This document shows, piece after piece, positions 23,488 through 32,772 of a DNA stretch of 34,029 nt. The DNA is from Candidatus Nanohalarchaeota archaeon (GTDB lineage: Archaea > EX4484-52), in contig DAOVUW010000001.1 in the NCBI GenBank assembly GCA_030632385.1, positions 1 to 34,029 of the forward strand, read 5' to 3'. The translations under genes and the position numbers were made by a program. The notes under the pieces are model-generated. The model was not told the DNA's origin and searched no databases. It saw nothing but the letters and a program-made list of their open reading frames with translations. How positions within the stretch are numbered: the stretch's first letter is position 1; every line of letters begins with the position of its first letter.

Positions 23488-25251
23488 ATGGTACATTACC
23501 GCCAACCAATTGTGTCTGTTCTCGCACATGTAGACCACGGGAAAACAACATTGCTGGATTATATCAGAAAAAGCAGCATTGCGAAAAAAGAAGCAGGCGG
23601 CATTACACAACATATCGGAGCATCAGAAATTACAAAAGAAGCATTGCTCAATATGTGCTCAAAATATATAAAAGAAGTGGATTTTGACGGGCTGTTGTTT
23701 CTCGACACACCAGGACATGAAGCATTTTCATACTTGAGAGAAAAGGGAGGAAATCTGGCAGATTTATGCATCCTGCTTGTTGATATAACAGAAGGAATAA
23801 AACCTCAAACAAAAGAATGCATAGAGATTTTAAAAAACAATAAAACGCCTTTTTGCATAGCAGCAAACAAGATTGACAAGATTACGGGATGGAAATGTTT
23901 TCCGGATGCAGATTTTAATGAATCTTTCAGCAAACAGGATGAGAGCGTAAAAAAAGACTTTGAATTAAAAATGTATAAACTAATTGGTGATTTCTATGAA
24001 ACCGGTTTCAGTGCGGATTTATATTCAAGAGTTGATTCATTTGAAAAAACAATCGCGCTTATTCCTATATGTGCAAGAAGCGGAGAGGGAGTGATTGATT
24101 TAATAAGCATTCTTGTCGGTCTTGCATCAAAATATCTGAAAGAAAATCTAAAAACAACAGACTCTACAGGTGTTGGAGAAGGAGTAATACTTGAAGCAAA
24201 AGATATTACAGGAATTGGAAAAACAATTGATGTCATATTATACGAAGGCTGCATTTCTCAAAAAGATATAATTATCGCAGGCACAAAAAGCGGCGAACCT
24301 GTTGTCTCAAAAGTAAAGGCAATCCTCCGGGAAAAAATTGGTCCGAAAAAAGAGATGAATTTCTGCAAAACAGTATCTGCTGCAATAGGCGTCAAGATAT
24401 CAGCACTGGGAATTGATGAAGATAGTGTAGGCTTCCCGGTAGTTTTCTTAAAAGACGACAAAAAAACAAAGGAAGAAATCCAAAAAATGAAAGAATTATT
24501 CAAGGAAGAATTAGACATAGATACAGATGAAACAGGAGTCATAATAAAATCAGATACAATAGGAAGCATTCATGCACTGTGCGGAATCTTAAAAAACAAA
24601 AATATAAAAATAAAGTCTGCGGAAATTGGAGGTGTGAAAAAAGAAGATGTGGCATTGGCAGAAGTAGCAAAGGACAAATACAAAGTGATTTTGGCATACA
24701 ATGCGACTATCCCTGAAGATATTTTAACCATGGCAAAGCAAAGAGGCATCACTATAATCCAGGAAAAAGTAATTTATCATCTATTGGAAAGATATGAAGA
24801 TTTTGTTGAAGAAACAAAAAAATCAAACAACACTTCATTCTTAAAACAAATATCTCTTCCCAGCAAAATAAAACTTTTGCCCGATTGCATATTCAGGAAA
24901 AACAACCCATTTATAGGCGGGTTTGAAGTCTTAAGCGGAACTGTCAAAAAAGACATCCAATTAATGGATGAAACAGGAAATGTATCTGGCAAAGTCGACC
25001 AAATCCAGTTAAACGGGAAAAACATGCAAAAAGGAGAACAAGGAGAAAAAGTTGCAATTTCTTCCAATTATTTCAACTACGGCAAAAACATCAAAGAAAA
25101 AGACATATTCTATTCTTTCTTAAATAATGAAACAATAACTATGTTAAAAGAAAAATTGATTGAAGAGCCGGATTTTCTGTCTACTGATGAAAAAAAGACA
25201 TTATCAGAAATAGAAAAAATAAAGAGAAAAAAGTTACTGGAAAAAAATTAA
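23488..25251 (+). CDS. infB: Translation initiation factor aIF5B (IF-2)
   Basis: RQPIVSVLAHVDHGKTTLLD, EAGGITQHIGA, DTPGHEAF and NKID. Confidence 0.96.
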   Translation: MVHYRQPIVSVLAHVDHGKTTLLDYIRKSSIAKKEAGGITQHIGASEITKEALLNMCSKYIKEVDFDGLLFLDTPGHEAFSYLREKGGNLADLCILLVDITEGIKPQTKECIEILKNNKTPFCIAANKIDKITGWKCFPDADFNESFSKQDESVKKDFELKMYKLIGDFYETGFSADLYSRVDSFEKTIALIPICARSGEGVIDLISILVGLASKYLKENLKTTDSTGVGEGVILEAKDITGIGKTIDVILYEGCISQKDIIIAGTKSGEPVVSKVKAILREKIGPKKEMNFCKTVSAAIGVKISALGIDEDSVGFPVVFLKDDKKTKEEIQKMKELFKEELDIDTDETGVIIKSDTIGSIHALCGILKNKNIKIKSAEIGGVKKEDVALAEVAKDKYKVILAYNATIPEDILTMAKQRGITIIQEKVIYHLLERYEDFVEETKKSNNTSFLKQISLPSKIKLLPDCIFRKNNPFIGGFEVLSGTVKKDIQLMDETGNVSGKVDQIQLNGKNMQKGEQGEKVAISSNYFNYGKNIKEKDIFYSFLNNETITMLKEKLIEEPDFLSTDEKKTLSEIEKIKRKKLLEKN

Positions 25252-25317
25252 ATCAAAAATTAACTATATGTTTAAATAATTTTCTCTTATTATTTATATA
25301 CTAAGAGGGGTCTTAAT

Positions 25318-25584
25318 ATGTTGAAAATATCATGTATGAGAATGAGCGAATTGGCAAACAAGGTAATTATAAGTGATGAAAGCGGACGAAATTTTGGAAA
25401 AGTGTCTGATGTTAGTTTTATCTGTGACACAGGAGAGTTGATGAATGTTATTGTCAAAGATCCTACACAAATGTCGCACGAAATGCAATTGCAGCAGGAC
25501 GAACAAGGAAGATTGTTGATTCCTTTTTCAGCGATAAAATCTGTCGGCGATTTTGTAATTGTTTCTGAGAAGGAAATCTTTTGA
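25318..25584 (+). CDS. PRC-barrel domain protein (CdpB-like cell-division accessory)
   Basis: KVIISDESGRNFGKVSDV...IPFSAIKSVGDFVIV is a typical PRC-barrel. GAGGGG lies upstream of the ATG. Confidence 0.85.
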   Translation: MLKISCMRMSELANKVIISDESGRNFGKVSDVSFICDTGELMNVIVKDPTQMSHEMQLQQDEQGRLLIPFSAIKSVGDFVIVSEKEIF

Positions 25585-25679
25585 TTGAAATAACACACCA
25601 TCTGGATATCGTATCAACTCTTTTGCTTCGTAAAAAAACTTTGCGAAATATGTAGCGTTGCAAATAAATTTCTTCTAAT

Positions 25680-25976
25680 ATGAATATAAACGATTGGATT
25701 GAATACATGAGAACATTACTTGGATTATCCACTGATATAAAAAAGAAAAAAGTTTGTAAAAAGTGTGGAGAAACAATCAAACATAGCATTCATTGTTGTT
25801 CAACAAAATGTAAGAAAAAATTGTCATCTATGCGTACTAGAAAACAAACAAAAATGTTAAACCGTTTCTTGAAAAATCCATCAATTTGTCCGGTTTGTAA
25901 TAAAAGAAAAACACGCCTCGGCGGATTTGGTAAAGAATATAAATGTAGAAAATGTGGTCACCATAGTTATTATTGA
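25680..25976 (+). CDS. Small basic double zinc-finger protein
   Basis: CKKC...CCSTKC and CPVC...CRKC clusters in a 98-aa ORF. Confidence 0.6.
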   Translation: MNINDWIEYMRTLLGLSTDIKKKKVCKKCGETIKHSIHCCSTKCKKKLSSMRTRKQTKMLNRFLKNPSICPVCNKRKTRLGGFGKEYKCRKCGHHSYY

Positions 25977-26076
25977 ATTACTTACTCTTCTTCACCACTT
26001 TGTTCATTCATCATTCTTTTTATCAAAATAATCAACAAAACACACCAAACCAATAAATCACACTTTAAACTAACAA

Positions 26077-27210
26077 TCATTCAACGCATCTTTTAACAGC
26101 ATCTGCAATTGCGTCTACTACACCTTCCTCAAAAGGTTCGGGTATTATTTTTTCTTTGGTCGGTACTTTTACCAGCCCTGCAAGAGCTTTAGCAGCTTCA
26201 AGTTTCATCTCTTCGGTGACATATTTAGCACGGGAGTCCAACAAACCTCTAAAGATTCCGGGAAATGCCAATACATTATTAATCTGATTTGGAAAATCAC
26301 TTCTGCCTGTAGCAACTACAGCTGCACCTGCAAGATATGCCGTTTCCGGAGCGATTTCAGATATAGGATTTGCCATTGCAAATATTATTTGGTCTTTGCT
26401 CATGGATTTGACCATCTCTTTTGTGACAAGGTTTGCTTTAGATACACCTATAAAAACATCAGCATCAATCAATGCATCTGATAGATTACCCAGTCCATGA
26501 ATACTGCTTTTTTCAATAACTTCCAATTTATATTTATTTACGCCTTCTCTTTCTTTAAAGATAATACCTTTAGAATCTAATAAAAGTAATTTCCTGACAC
26601 CATAATTCATTAATAGTTTAGATATGGCTATCCCGGCAGAACCTGCACCATTAATAACAACCTTGATATTGTCTATGTCTTTATTGACTATTTTTAATGC
26701 ATTGATTAAACCTGCTAAAACTACTATTGCCGTACCGTGTTGATCATCATGAAAAACAGGGATGCTTAATTCTTCTTTTAATCTTTTCTCAATTTCAAAA
26801 CATCGTGGTGCGGAAATATCTTCTAGATTAATGCCGCCAAATGCAGGCGCAATGTATTTGACAGTCTTTATTATTTCTTCAGTATCTTTAGTATCAAGAC
26901 ATATAGGTATTGCATCAACTCCTCCGAATTCTTTAAACAAGACGGCTTTTCCTTCCATGACCGGAAGCGCAGCAATCGGACCAATATCTCCAAGACCCAA
27001 TACAGCAGTGCCATCGCTAACAACAGCGACAGTGTTCCATTTAGATGTCAATTCATAAGCAAGAGTGCTATCTTTAGCAATTGCCTCTGATACTTTAGCA
27101 ACACCAGGGGTATATGCAAGTGATAAATCTTTTTTAGTCTTAACAGAAACTTTAGATCTAATCTCTAATTTTCCTTTGTATTTCCTGTGAAATTCAATTG
27201 AATCATCCAT
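26077..27210 (-). CDS. mae: NAD(P)-dependent malic enzyme
   Basis: LAYTPGVA, DGTAVLGLGDIG, PVMEGKAVLFK, INLEDI, FHDDQHGTA, GAGSAG and TGRSDFPNQINN. The start is ATG 27210 or 27216. Confidence 0.96.
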   Translation of the reverse strand: MDDSIEFHRKYKGKLEIRSKVSVKTKKDLSLAYTPGVAKVSEAIAKDSTLAYELTSKWNTVAVVSDGTAVLGLGDIGPIAALPVMEGKAVLFKEFGGVDAIPICLDTKDTEEIIKTVKYIAPAFGGINLEDISAPRCFEIEKRLKEELSIPVFHDDQHGTAIVVLAGLINALKIVNKDIDNIKVVINGAGSAGIAISKLLMNYGVRKLLLLDSKGIIFKEREGVNKYKLEVIEKSSIHGLGNLSDALIDADVFIGVSKANLVTKEMVKSMSKDQIIFAMANPISEIAPETAYLAGAAVVATGRSDFPNQINNVLAFPGIFRGLLDSRAKYVTEEMKLEAAKALAGLVKVPTKEKIIPEPFEEGVVDAIADAVKRCVE

Positions 27211-27675
27211 TAACATCAACTTATATTTTAATTTAGATTTTATTTTTATTATTTATTTTTTAATAAATATTTTTAAGAAAGTGCGCATGTAGAGAATAGT
27301 TCTCCAATAGATAACAGCATTCCTCAACTCGCTACGATCCTACTATATATGCCTACTCTCGCTACTTGTGACGTCTAAGAGTGCACGTGTTCTACAATTA
27401 GATATTCATGATGGATGAGAGAGATAGGAGAATATATGAAAGACCAACACCACACAACAATACAACACACCATATGCTACACATACAGATATAGTATAAA
27501 TATTTAATTAAACGCACATTCTAACACAAAAAATAAGACTGCTATTTTTAGACGCCATGTTAATTTGATTAAGAATAATTATATAATGTTTTAAACAATA
27601 GAATAGTATGTTTTATAACAAAAACAATTTGTATAAAATGACTTATACGAAATTTTACTATAAATCAATTTAATT

Positions 27676-28023
27676 ATGAATATTATACCGTTTGTGATAC
27701 CGACCAAAGAAAAGATAATTCTATTTGCAATTTTCGTGTTTCTGTTTTTGCCGATAGTTTTTTCCAATGGTTGCGGAATTAGAAATTCATTATGTACACT
27801 TGAAAATACGCATATTAACTACTTTCCTCCAGTAATATTAACAATTGGTTTTATATATGAATACATCATAAATCCCATCGATATTTCATCTATGAATGAA
27901 TTAATAGAAGGGGCAATACTGCCCATTAACTACTATTTGTTGCCTGCCTTTCTGACAATAATATACTATCTTATTTCCTGTACTGTTGTGTATTTTTACA
28001 ATAAGAAGAAATTGAATAATTAA
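27676..28023 (+). CDS. Small hypothetical membrane protein
   Basis: 115-aa ORF with 2-3 hydrophobic segments and a Cys pair in the loop. Confidence 0.6.
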   Translation: MNIIPFVIPTKEKIILFAIFVFLFLPIVFSNGCGIRNSLCTLENTHINYFPPVILTIGFIYEYIINPIDISSMNELIEGAILPINYYLLPAFLTIIYYLISCTVVYFYNKKKLNN

Positions 28024-28094
28024 ATTAATTTAGAGTAAAACTCAAACCCATGTGCTGTCAAATAAACACAATAATGGAATAATTCAACTTCAAC

Positions 28095-29438
28095 CTAAAA
28101 CATATTATCTTCAAAAAAAGTTCCCATTTTGTCAAGAAAACTTTTATCTTCCTGTTTTCTTTTTCTTTTCTTTTCATGCAAGTTGTGATGGCTATTATGA
28201 TGAATATTGCTTTGAACAGGTTCATCTGTTGTCTGACCAACAGTCGAACTTGAAAGATTGTGACTTGTTGTATGTTTACTTTGTTTGTCAAATACTTCCA
28301 AAAGTTCTTTATTTTTGAAATTTTCACTTCGCTCAGCCAAAAGAGAAAGAATCCTTTTTCTTTTCGAGAATATTCTTTCAAATTCAAATATGGTGATTCC
28401 CAGTTCTCCCACTATTTTTGCCCTCGTACGGCTTGGGACATTTGTTTTTTCAAGACAGTTGGAAGTTGTGTTAAAAGAGAAAATCGTATTGAGTAATGGA
28501 TTTTCTCCTTCGCTTCCGCTTATTTCACTTACCTCACTTATGTATCTTTTTGTTCTGCCATTTGAAAGCCTTCTTTTTTGCATCACAATCAAATCCAGAT
28601 TTCTGAGTAAAATTAGCGGAACATCCATTGGTCGGTTTGTTATTCTTGTAATTGTCTCTCTTGAAGAATTTGAATGAAGCGTCCCCATGCATCCACTGTA
28701 ACCGACATTCATTGCAGTAAATAAATCCTGCGCTTCTTTATCCCGAACTTCTCCAATAATCATCCTGTCCGGTCTCATCCTTAGAGTTGCCTTAACAAGA
28801 CGCTGCATTGAAATCTTTTCTGTTGATTCAAGAGAAACAAGATGCGGATGAATTACCCGCAATTCCAGACAATCCTCTATTGTTATTATTCTAGAATATT
28901 TTGGAACAAAAATAGAAAATGCATTTAAAAGCGTTGTTTTCCCACTGCTTGTACCTCCGCAGAAAATAATATTTGAAGGAGACATATTTAATCCTTCAAT
29001 GCACATCCACATAAATGTAGCAAAGTCAACAGAGAGAGATTGATTTTTTATTAAATCTATAACTGTAATTGGTTCTTGTTTGAATTTTCTTATTGTAATG
29101 ACCGGTCCTTCTGCTACAATCCCGCCTCTCATAATATTGATACGAGAACCATCTGACAAACTGGTATTTATAATATTGGCAGATTTATCCAAAATATAAG
29201 AAGAATCAAGTATTTTTTCAATCATCTTGTTTGCATCTGCCTGATTCATTTTAAAATCAGTATCGCACATGCCCTGTTTCCTGTGTATCACTTTAACTGT
29301 ACTTTTTTGACCAATATACATTATTTCTTCAAGTTCGTCATCATATATCAAGCTTATGAAAGAATCTATAGGCGACTGCATCTGTTTTACAGAATAAACA
29401 GAATTGATTTCTTTATCAGGAAGAGGAATATTTGTCAT
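28095..29438 (-). CDS. Type IV/Tad pilus or type II secretion ATPase (TadA/CpaF/VirB11 family)
   Basis: ITIRKF, Walker A GGTSSGKTT, TIED..EL, LRMRPDRMIIGEVR and GTLHSNS. Confidence 0.93.
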   Translation of the reverse strand: MTNIPLPDKEINSVYSVKQMQSPIDSFISLIYDDELEEIMYIGQKSTVKVIHRKQGMCDTDFKMNQADANKMIEKILDSSYILDKSANIINTSLSDGSRINIMRGGIVAEGPVITIRKFKQEPITVIDLIKNQSLSVDFATFMWMCIEGLNMSPSNIIFCGGTSSGKTTLLNAFSIFVPKYSRIITIEDCLELRVIHPHLVSLESTEKISMQRLVKATLRMRPDRMIIGEVRDKEAQDLFTAMNVGYSGCMGTLHSNSSRETITRITNRPMDVPLILLRNLDLIVMQKRRLSNGRTKRYISEVSEISGSEGENPLLNTIFSFNTTSNCLEKTNVPSRTRAKIVGELGITIFEFERIFSKRKRILSLLAERSENFKNKELLEVFDKQSKHTTSHNLSSSTVGQTTDEPVQSNIHHNSHHNLHEKKRKRKQEDKSFLDKMGTFFEDNMF

Positions 29439-29478
29439 AATACTATTACTTATATATTTTTTTATATTTAATATTTAT

Positions 29479-30630
29479 ATGTCCATGCAAATAATTGATT
29501 TTATGAATAATTTAAACATTGATGTTTTGTTTTTCCTTAATCAATTTAATTCTGTTATTATGTGTTTTATTTCAGATCTTTTTTATCTTTTCATATTTGC
29601 TGTTCTTTTTCTTTCATATAAAAAAAGCATAAAACATCTTGCATTAAACTCATTCTGGCTTTTCGTGCTTTATATATTCGTGGGAAATCTGAAAATACTG
29701 ATAAATATCCCGCGTCCATGCTTTTCTTTCACAGAGTTAAACATAATTTCGCAATTTTTTTATGCTTCAATGTCTTTTCCAAGCAGGCATGCAACAATTG
29801 CTTTTTTTCTTCTTGCCCTACTCCCAAATCTTCTCGAAAAAAGAAAAAATGCCAATCTACTTTATTTGGCTGGTATCTTAACTGCTTTTTTAATCTCAAT
29901 ATCACGCATTGGTCTGGGGGCGCATTACCCGAGCGATATACTCGCAGGAATAGTGCTGGGTTTTGTTTTCGGAAAAGCCACGTTGCTCTACAAGCCAGAA
30001 CATTTTTCATTTAATTTTATGGAACTGAAAAGGCAAACCATTCATTTGATTTTAGGTCTGATTATGACATTTGTTTTGCTGACTTGCACAAAATCACAGA
30101 GCATTGTATTTGTATTTTTGATTATCTTAATTTTGATTATAGCAGAATATATTTACACCAATAAAAAATTCCAAATGCACCATATAATTGGTGAAATGAA
30201 AAGAGAACAGGAACATGCTTTTGAAGGAGCAGTGTATTTGCCATTGGGAGTACTCATAACCATTATTATATTTCCACAAATAATTGCGGTAATTGCCATT
30301 CTGCTTTTGGCAGTTGGTGATTCGTTTGCCACAATATTTGGAATGCATTTTAAAACAAAAAAATTGAAATTCTCCCCGAATAAATCTGTTGGAGGAAGCC
30401 TTGCTGGATTTTTATTTAATTTTATTGCTTTACTGCTTCTTTTCAATTACAATGAAATTTGCGGAATCAAAACAATGCTATTTTTGTTTTTCTGTGCCAT
30501 AGCCGGAACAATAGCCGAACTAATTGAAGTAAAAATAAACAAAAAAACAATAAATGACAATCTTTCTATGCCTTCAATTTGCGCAATATTTGTTTTAATA
30601 ATTTATTTATTATTTGGATTCTCTATATAA
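29479..30630 (+). CDS. Fusion: PAP2 lipid phosphatase plus SEC59/DGK1/VTE5-family CTP-dependent polyprenol kinase
   Basis: PAP2 motifs KILINIPRP, FPSRHA and SRIGLGAHYPSD; kinase motifs RQTIHL, GDSFATIFG, KSVGGS and NDNL. ATG 29479 (or 29485) avoids overlap with the ATPase. Confidence 0.85.
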   Translation: MSMQIIDFMNNLNIDVLFFLNQFNSVIMCFISDLFYLFIFAVLFLSYKKSIKHLALNSFWLFVLYIFVGNLKILINIPRPCFSFTELNIISQFFYASMSFPSRHATIAFFLLALLPNLLEKRKNANLLYLAGILTAFLISISRIGLGAHYPSDILAGIVLGFVFGKATLLYKPEHFSFNFMELKRQTIHLILGLIMTFVLLTCTKSQSIVFVFLIILILIIAEYIYTNKKFQMHHIIGEMKREQEHAFEGAVYLPLGVLITIIIFPQIIAVIAILLLAVGDSFATIFGMHFKTKKLKFSPNKSVGGSLAGFLFNFIALLLLFNYNEICGIKTMLFLFFCAIAGTIAELIEVKINKKTINDNLSMPSICAIFVLIIYLLFGFSI

Positions 30631-31190
30631 ACATAAGTGATAAGCCCTGTTAAAATAAAAGCATTTACGCAATAAAATAAAAACATCTCTATATTTGTGA
30701 CCAATGGAATTATTATTCCAAAATATAGAAAAAGTTCATTTTCCGACATCATTTTGAAAGCTATTATTACTATATTCAAAATAAGAGCAGGAACAAATGC
30801 AAAAAGAATATACACATCCATAAGTGTTGTTGCGAAATTTTCATATTGCGAATGCATATTCTGCTGTTCTCTTACTTCTATTTTTCCAAGCCGGATAATA
30901 TTTTCCAATATGTCTGTCTTATTCTTATAGGAAAAAGCAAGATATTCCAGAAGCTGTTTGTAATACGGGATATCTGTATTCTGTCTTATGCTCAATAGCG
31001 CTTCATCCAAACTCATATAATTATCTTTTGTTTTCCCGACAACTTTTCTAAAATCCGATGATATTTCTCCATAGCTATTCTTTGAAATGATTTCAATCGT
31101 CTCTTCTATGCTTTTTCCAGAAGACATAAGGATTTCAAAAGAATTTAAAACAAAAAGAAGATTTTTTTTTCTTGATTTTTCCTTAATCAT
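30603..31190 (-). CDS. Type II secretion system F-family / TadB-TadC-like pilus platform protein
   Basis: LMSSGKSIEETI...YGEISSDFRKVV...SLDEAL pattern followed by two TM helices; near the TadA-like ATPase on the same strand. Confidence 0.75.
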   Translation of the reverse strand: MIKEKSRKKNLLFVLNSFEILMSSGKSIEETIEIISKNSYGEISSDFRKVVGKTKDNYMSLDEALLSIRQNTDIPYYKQLLEYLAFSYKNKTDILENIIRLGKIEVREQQNMHSQYENFATTLMDVYILFAFVPALILNIVIIAFKMMSENELFLYFGIIIPLVTNIEMFLFYCVNAFILTGLITYVYIENPNNK

Positions 31191-31239
31191 ATTATATCCA
31201 TTTAAGAAAAAAATAAAAACATGAACGATTAATATTAAA

Positions 31240-32769
31240 ATGAATAAATATATTATTTCTTCAATTCTTGATTCTAATGCCCTGAATCAAAAAGATAAAA
31301 GTTCTTTTATCGCCATATCTGATGCTCTAAAGCATGGTTCTGAATTTATCGTACTTGAAAAAGAAGAATTATCAGGGAATCTTGAACCATTTTTAGAAAA
31401 AGCAATAGATCATCTTTTGACTGTTGAAAAAGCAAAAATGGGTTGCCGAACCACAGACAGTTTGGATCTTTCTTCTTCTAATCTTAGCGAATGGAAAAAC
31501 AGTCATAAAAAACTCATTTCTATGCTATTTTACAATAAAAAAATATTTAATGCTCAATTTATTTCATTTTATCCTTCAACAAAAGTGATTCCTCCATTAT
31601 GCTATGATTTTGAATATCTGAACCAAAAAAAAGTATCTCCGCAAGTTTGCCCAAAAGGAAATAATCTGGGTCTTTTCATCCAAGACGCAAATCTTATCGA
31701 TTGGTTTTGCGCAAAACATATCCGACTTATTTTTGAAAATCTCAACATCCATAATTCCAGCGCAACCCAGATAATACTTTTTTTTGAAAAAGAATCACGA
31801 AAAGCAATAGAACTAAACAAAACTCCTTCTTTAAAGCAATTTGAGGAAAATATCGGGGAAAACGAAACTCTCAAAAAAGCCATGAGCCAATACAATATTA
31901 TTTCTATTTTCCAACATTGGGTTGCAAACGGAGCAAGAGCAGAAGAAAAAGATGCGTATGCTATTATTGCGCAATACTTATATTCCACAAAAAATAAATT
32001 ATGGAATGATTTTCGCCTGAATAATATCAATCCTGAAATGATTATTGAAAAAATAAACCGGGGAGAAAAAATCTATGAAAATTCTATTTTTGAAGATAAA
32101 AGTTTTGTGTATATTCTAAAGAAAATCATCTCTGCCGTTGCCTGCAACTATATAGATGGGCATTTTAAAAATACAGATGCATCAATATCCTTTGAAACTT
32201 TTGATAGAAATCTCGGGAAAATAACTGCCTATGATTATATTGTTAAAAGCAATATTCCTGTTTTATTTGCAACTGCAAAACCGCAGGATAAATGGAGTAG
32301 TGAAAATCTCCGCCTAAATAATATAGAAGATTATACTCTGCTCTCTAAAAATTTGGATGAAGGACAATACAGTGGGATTTGCCTAAATCTTTATAATTTG
32401 ATATTAAATCTCGTAGATATTGAAAAAGACATAAATCAGATGTATGGATATTCCGGAAAATACATAAAAGAAGTTGTAATTGATTTAATAAACAATCCTG
32501 GCATAAGTCAAACAAGTTACAGAATGTATTCTGTTTATTCTATATTGTATCGCCTAAAGCAAAAAGGAATGGACTTTGCTTATCTGTCTTATTCTATAAG
32601 CAATACTTTAGAAACCGCACATAATCTTAGAATCATAAGAGATTATTTGTTGAGAAATACAACACCTAAAGAACTGCCTGCATCCTTTTATGGTATCGAT
32701 GAAAACCTGAATGCGCAACATCAAAGAACAATAAGAGAAAATACTTATCGACTGCTGGATAAGATGTAG
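31240..32769 (+). CDS. Hypothetical soluble protein, 509 aa
   Basis: Long open frame filling the gap between neighbours; no motif recognised. Confidence 0.7.
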   Translation: MNKYIISSILDSNALNQKDKSSFIAISDALKHGSEFIVLEKEELSGNLEPFLEKAIDHLLTVEKAKMGCRTTDSLDLSSSNLSEWKNSHKKLISMLFYNKKIFNAQFISFYPSTKVIPPLCYDFEYLNQKKVSPQVCPKGNNLGLFIQDANLIDWFCAKHIRLIFENLNIHNSSATQIILFFEKESRKAIELNKTPSLKQFEENIGENETLKKAMSQYNIISIFQHWVANGARAEEKDAYAIIAQYLYSTKNKLWNDFRLNNINPEMIIEKINRGEKIYENSIFEDKSFVYILKKIISAVACNYIDGHFKNTDASISFETFDRNLGKITAYDYIVKSNIPVLFATAKPQDKWSSENLRLNNIEDYTLLSKNLDEGQYSGICLNLYNLILNLVDIEKDINQMYGYSGKYIKEVVIDLINNPGISQTSYRMYSVYSILYRLKQKGMDFAYLSYSISNTLETAHNLRIIRDYLLRNTTPKELPASFYGIDENLNAQHQRTIRENTYRLLDKM

Positions 32770-32772
32770 AAT

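Noticed and set aside
27398..27484. 28-codon hydrophobic minus-strand ORF (MCSIWCVVLLCGVGLSYILLSLSSIMNI) as a leader peptide
   Set aside because: The hydrophobicity follows from the TG-rich low-complexity composition, and there is no other support.
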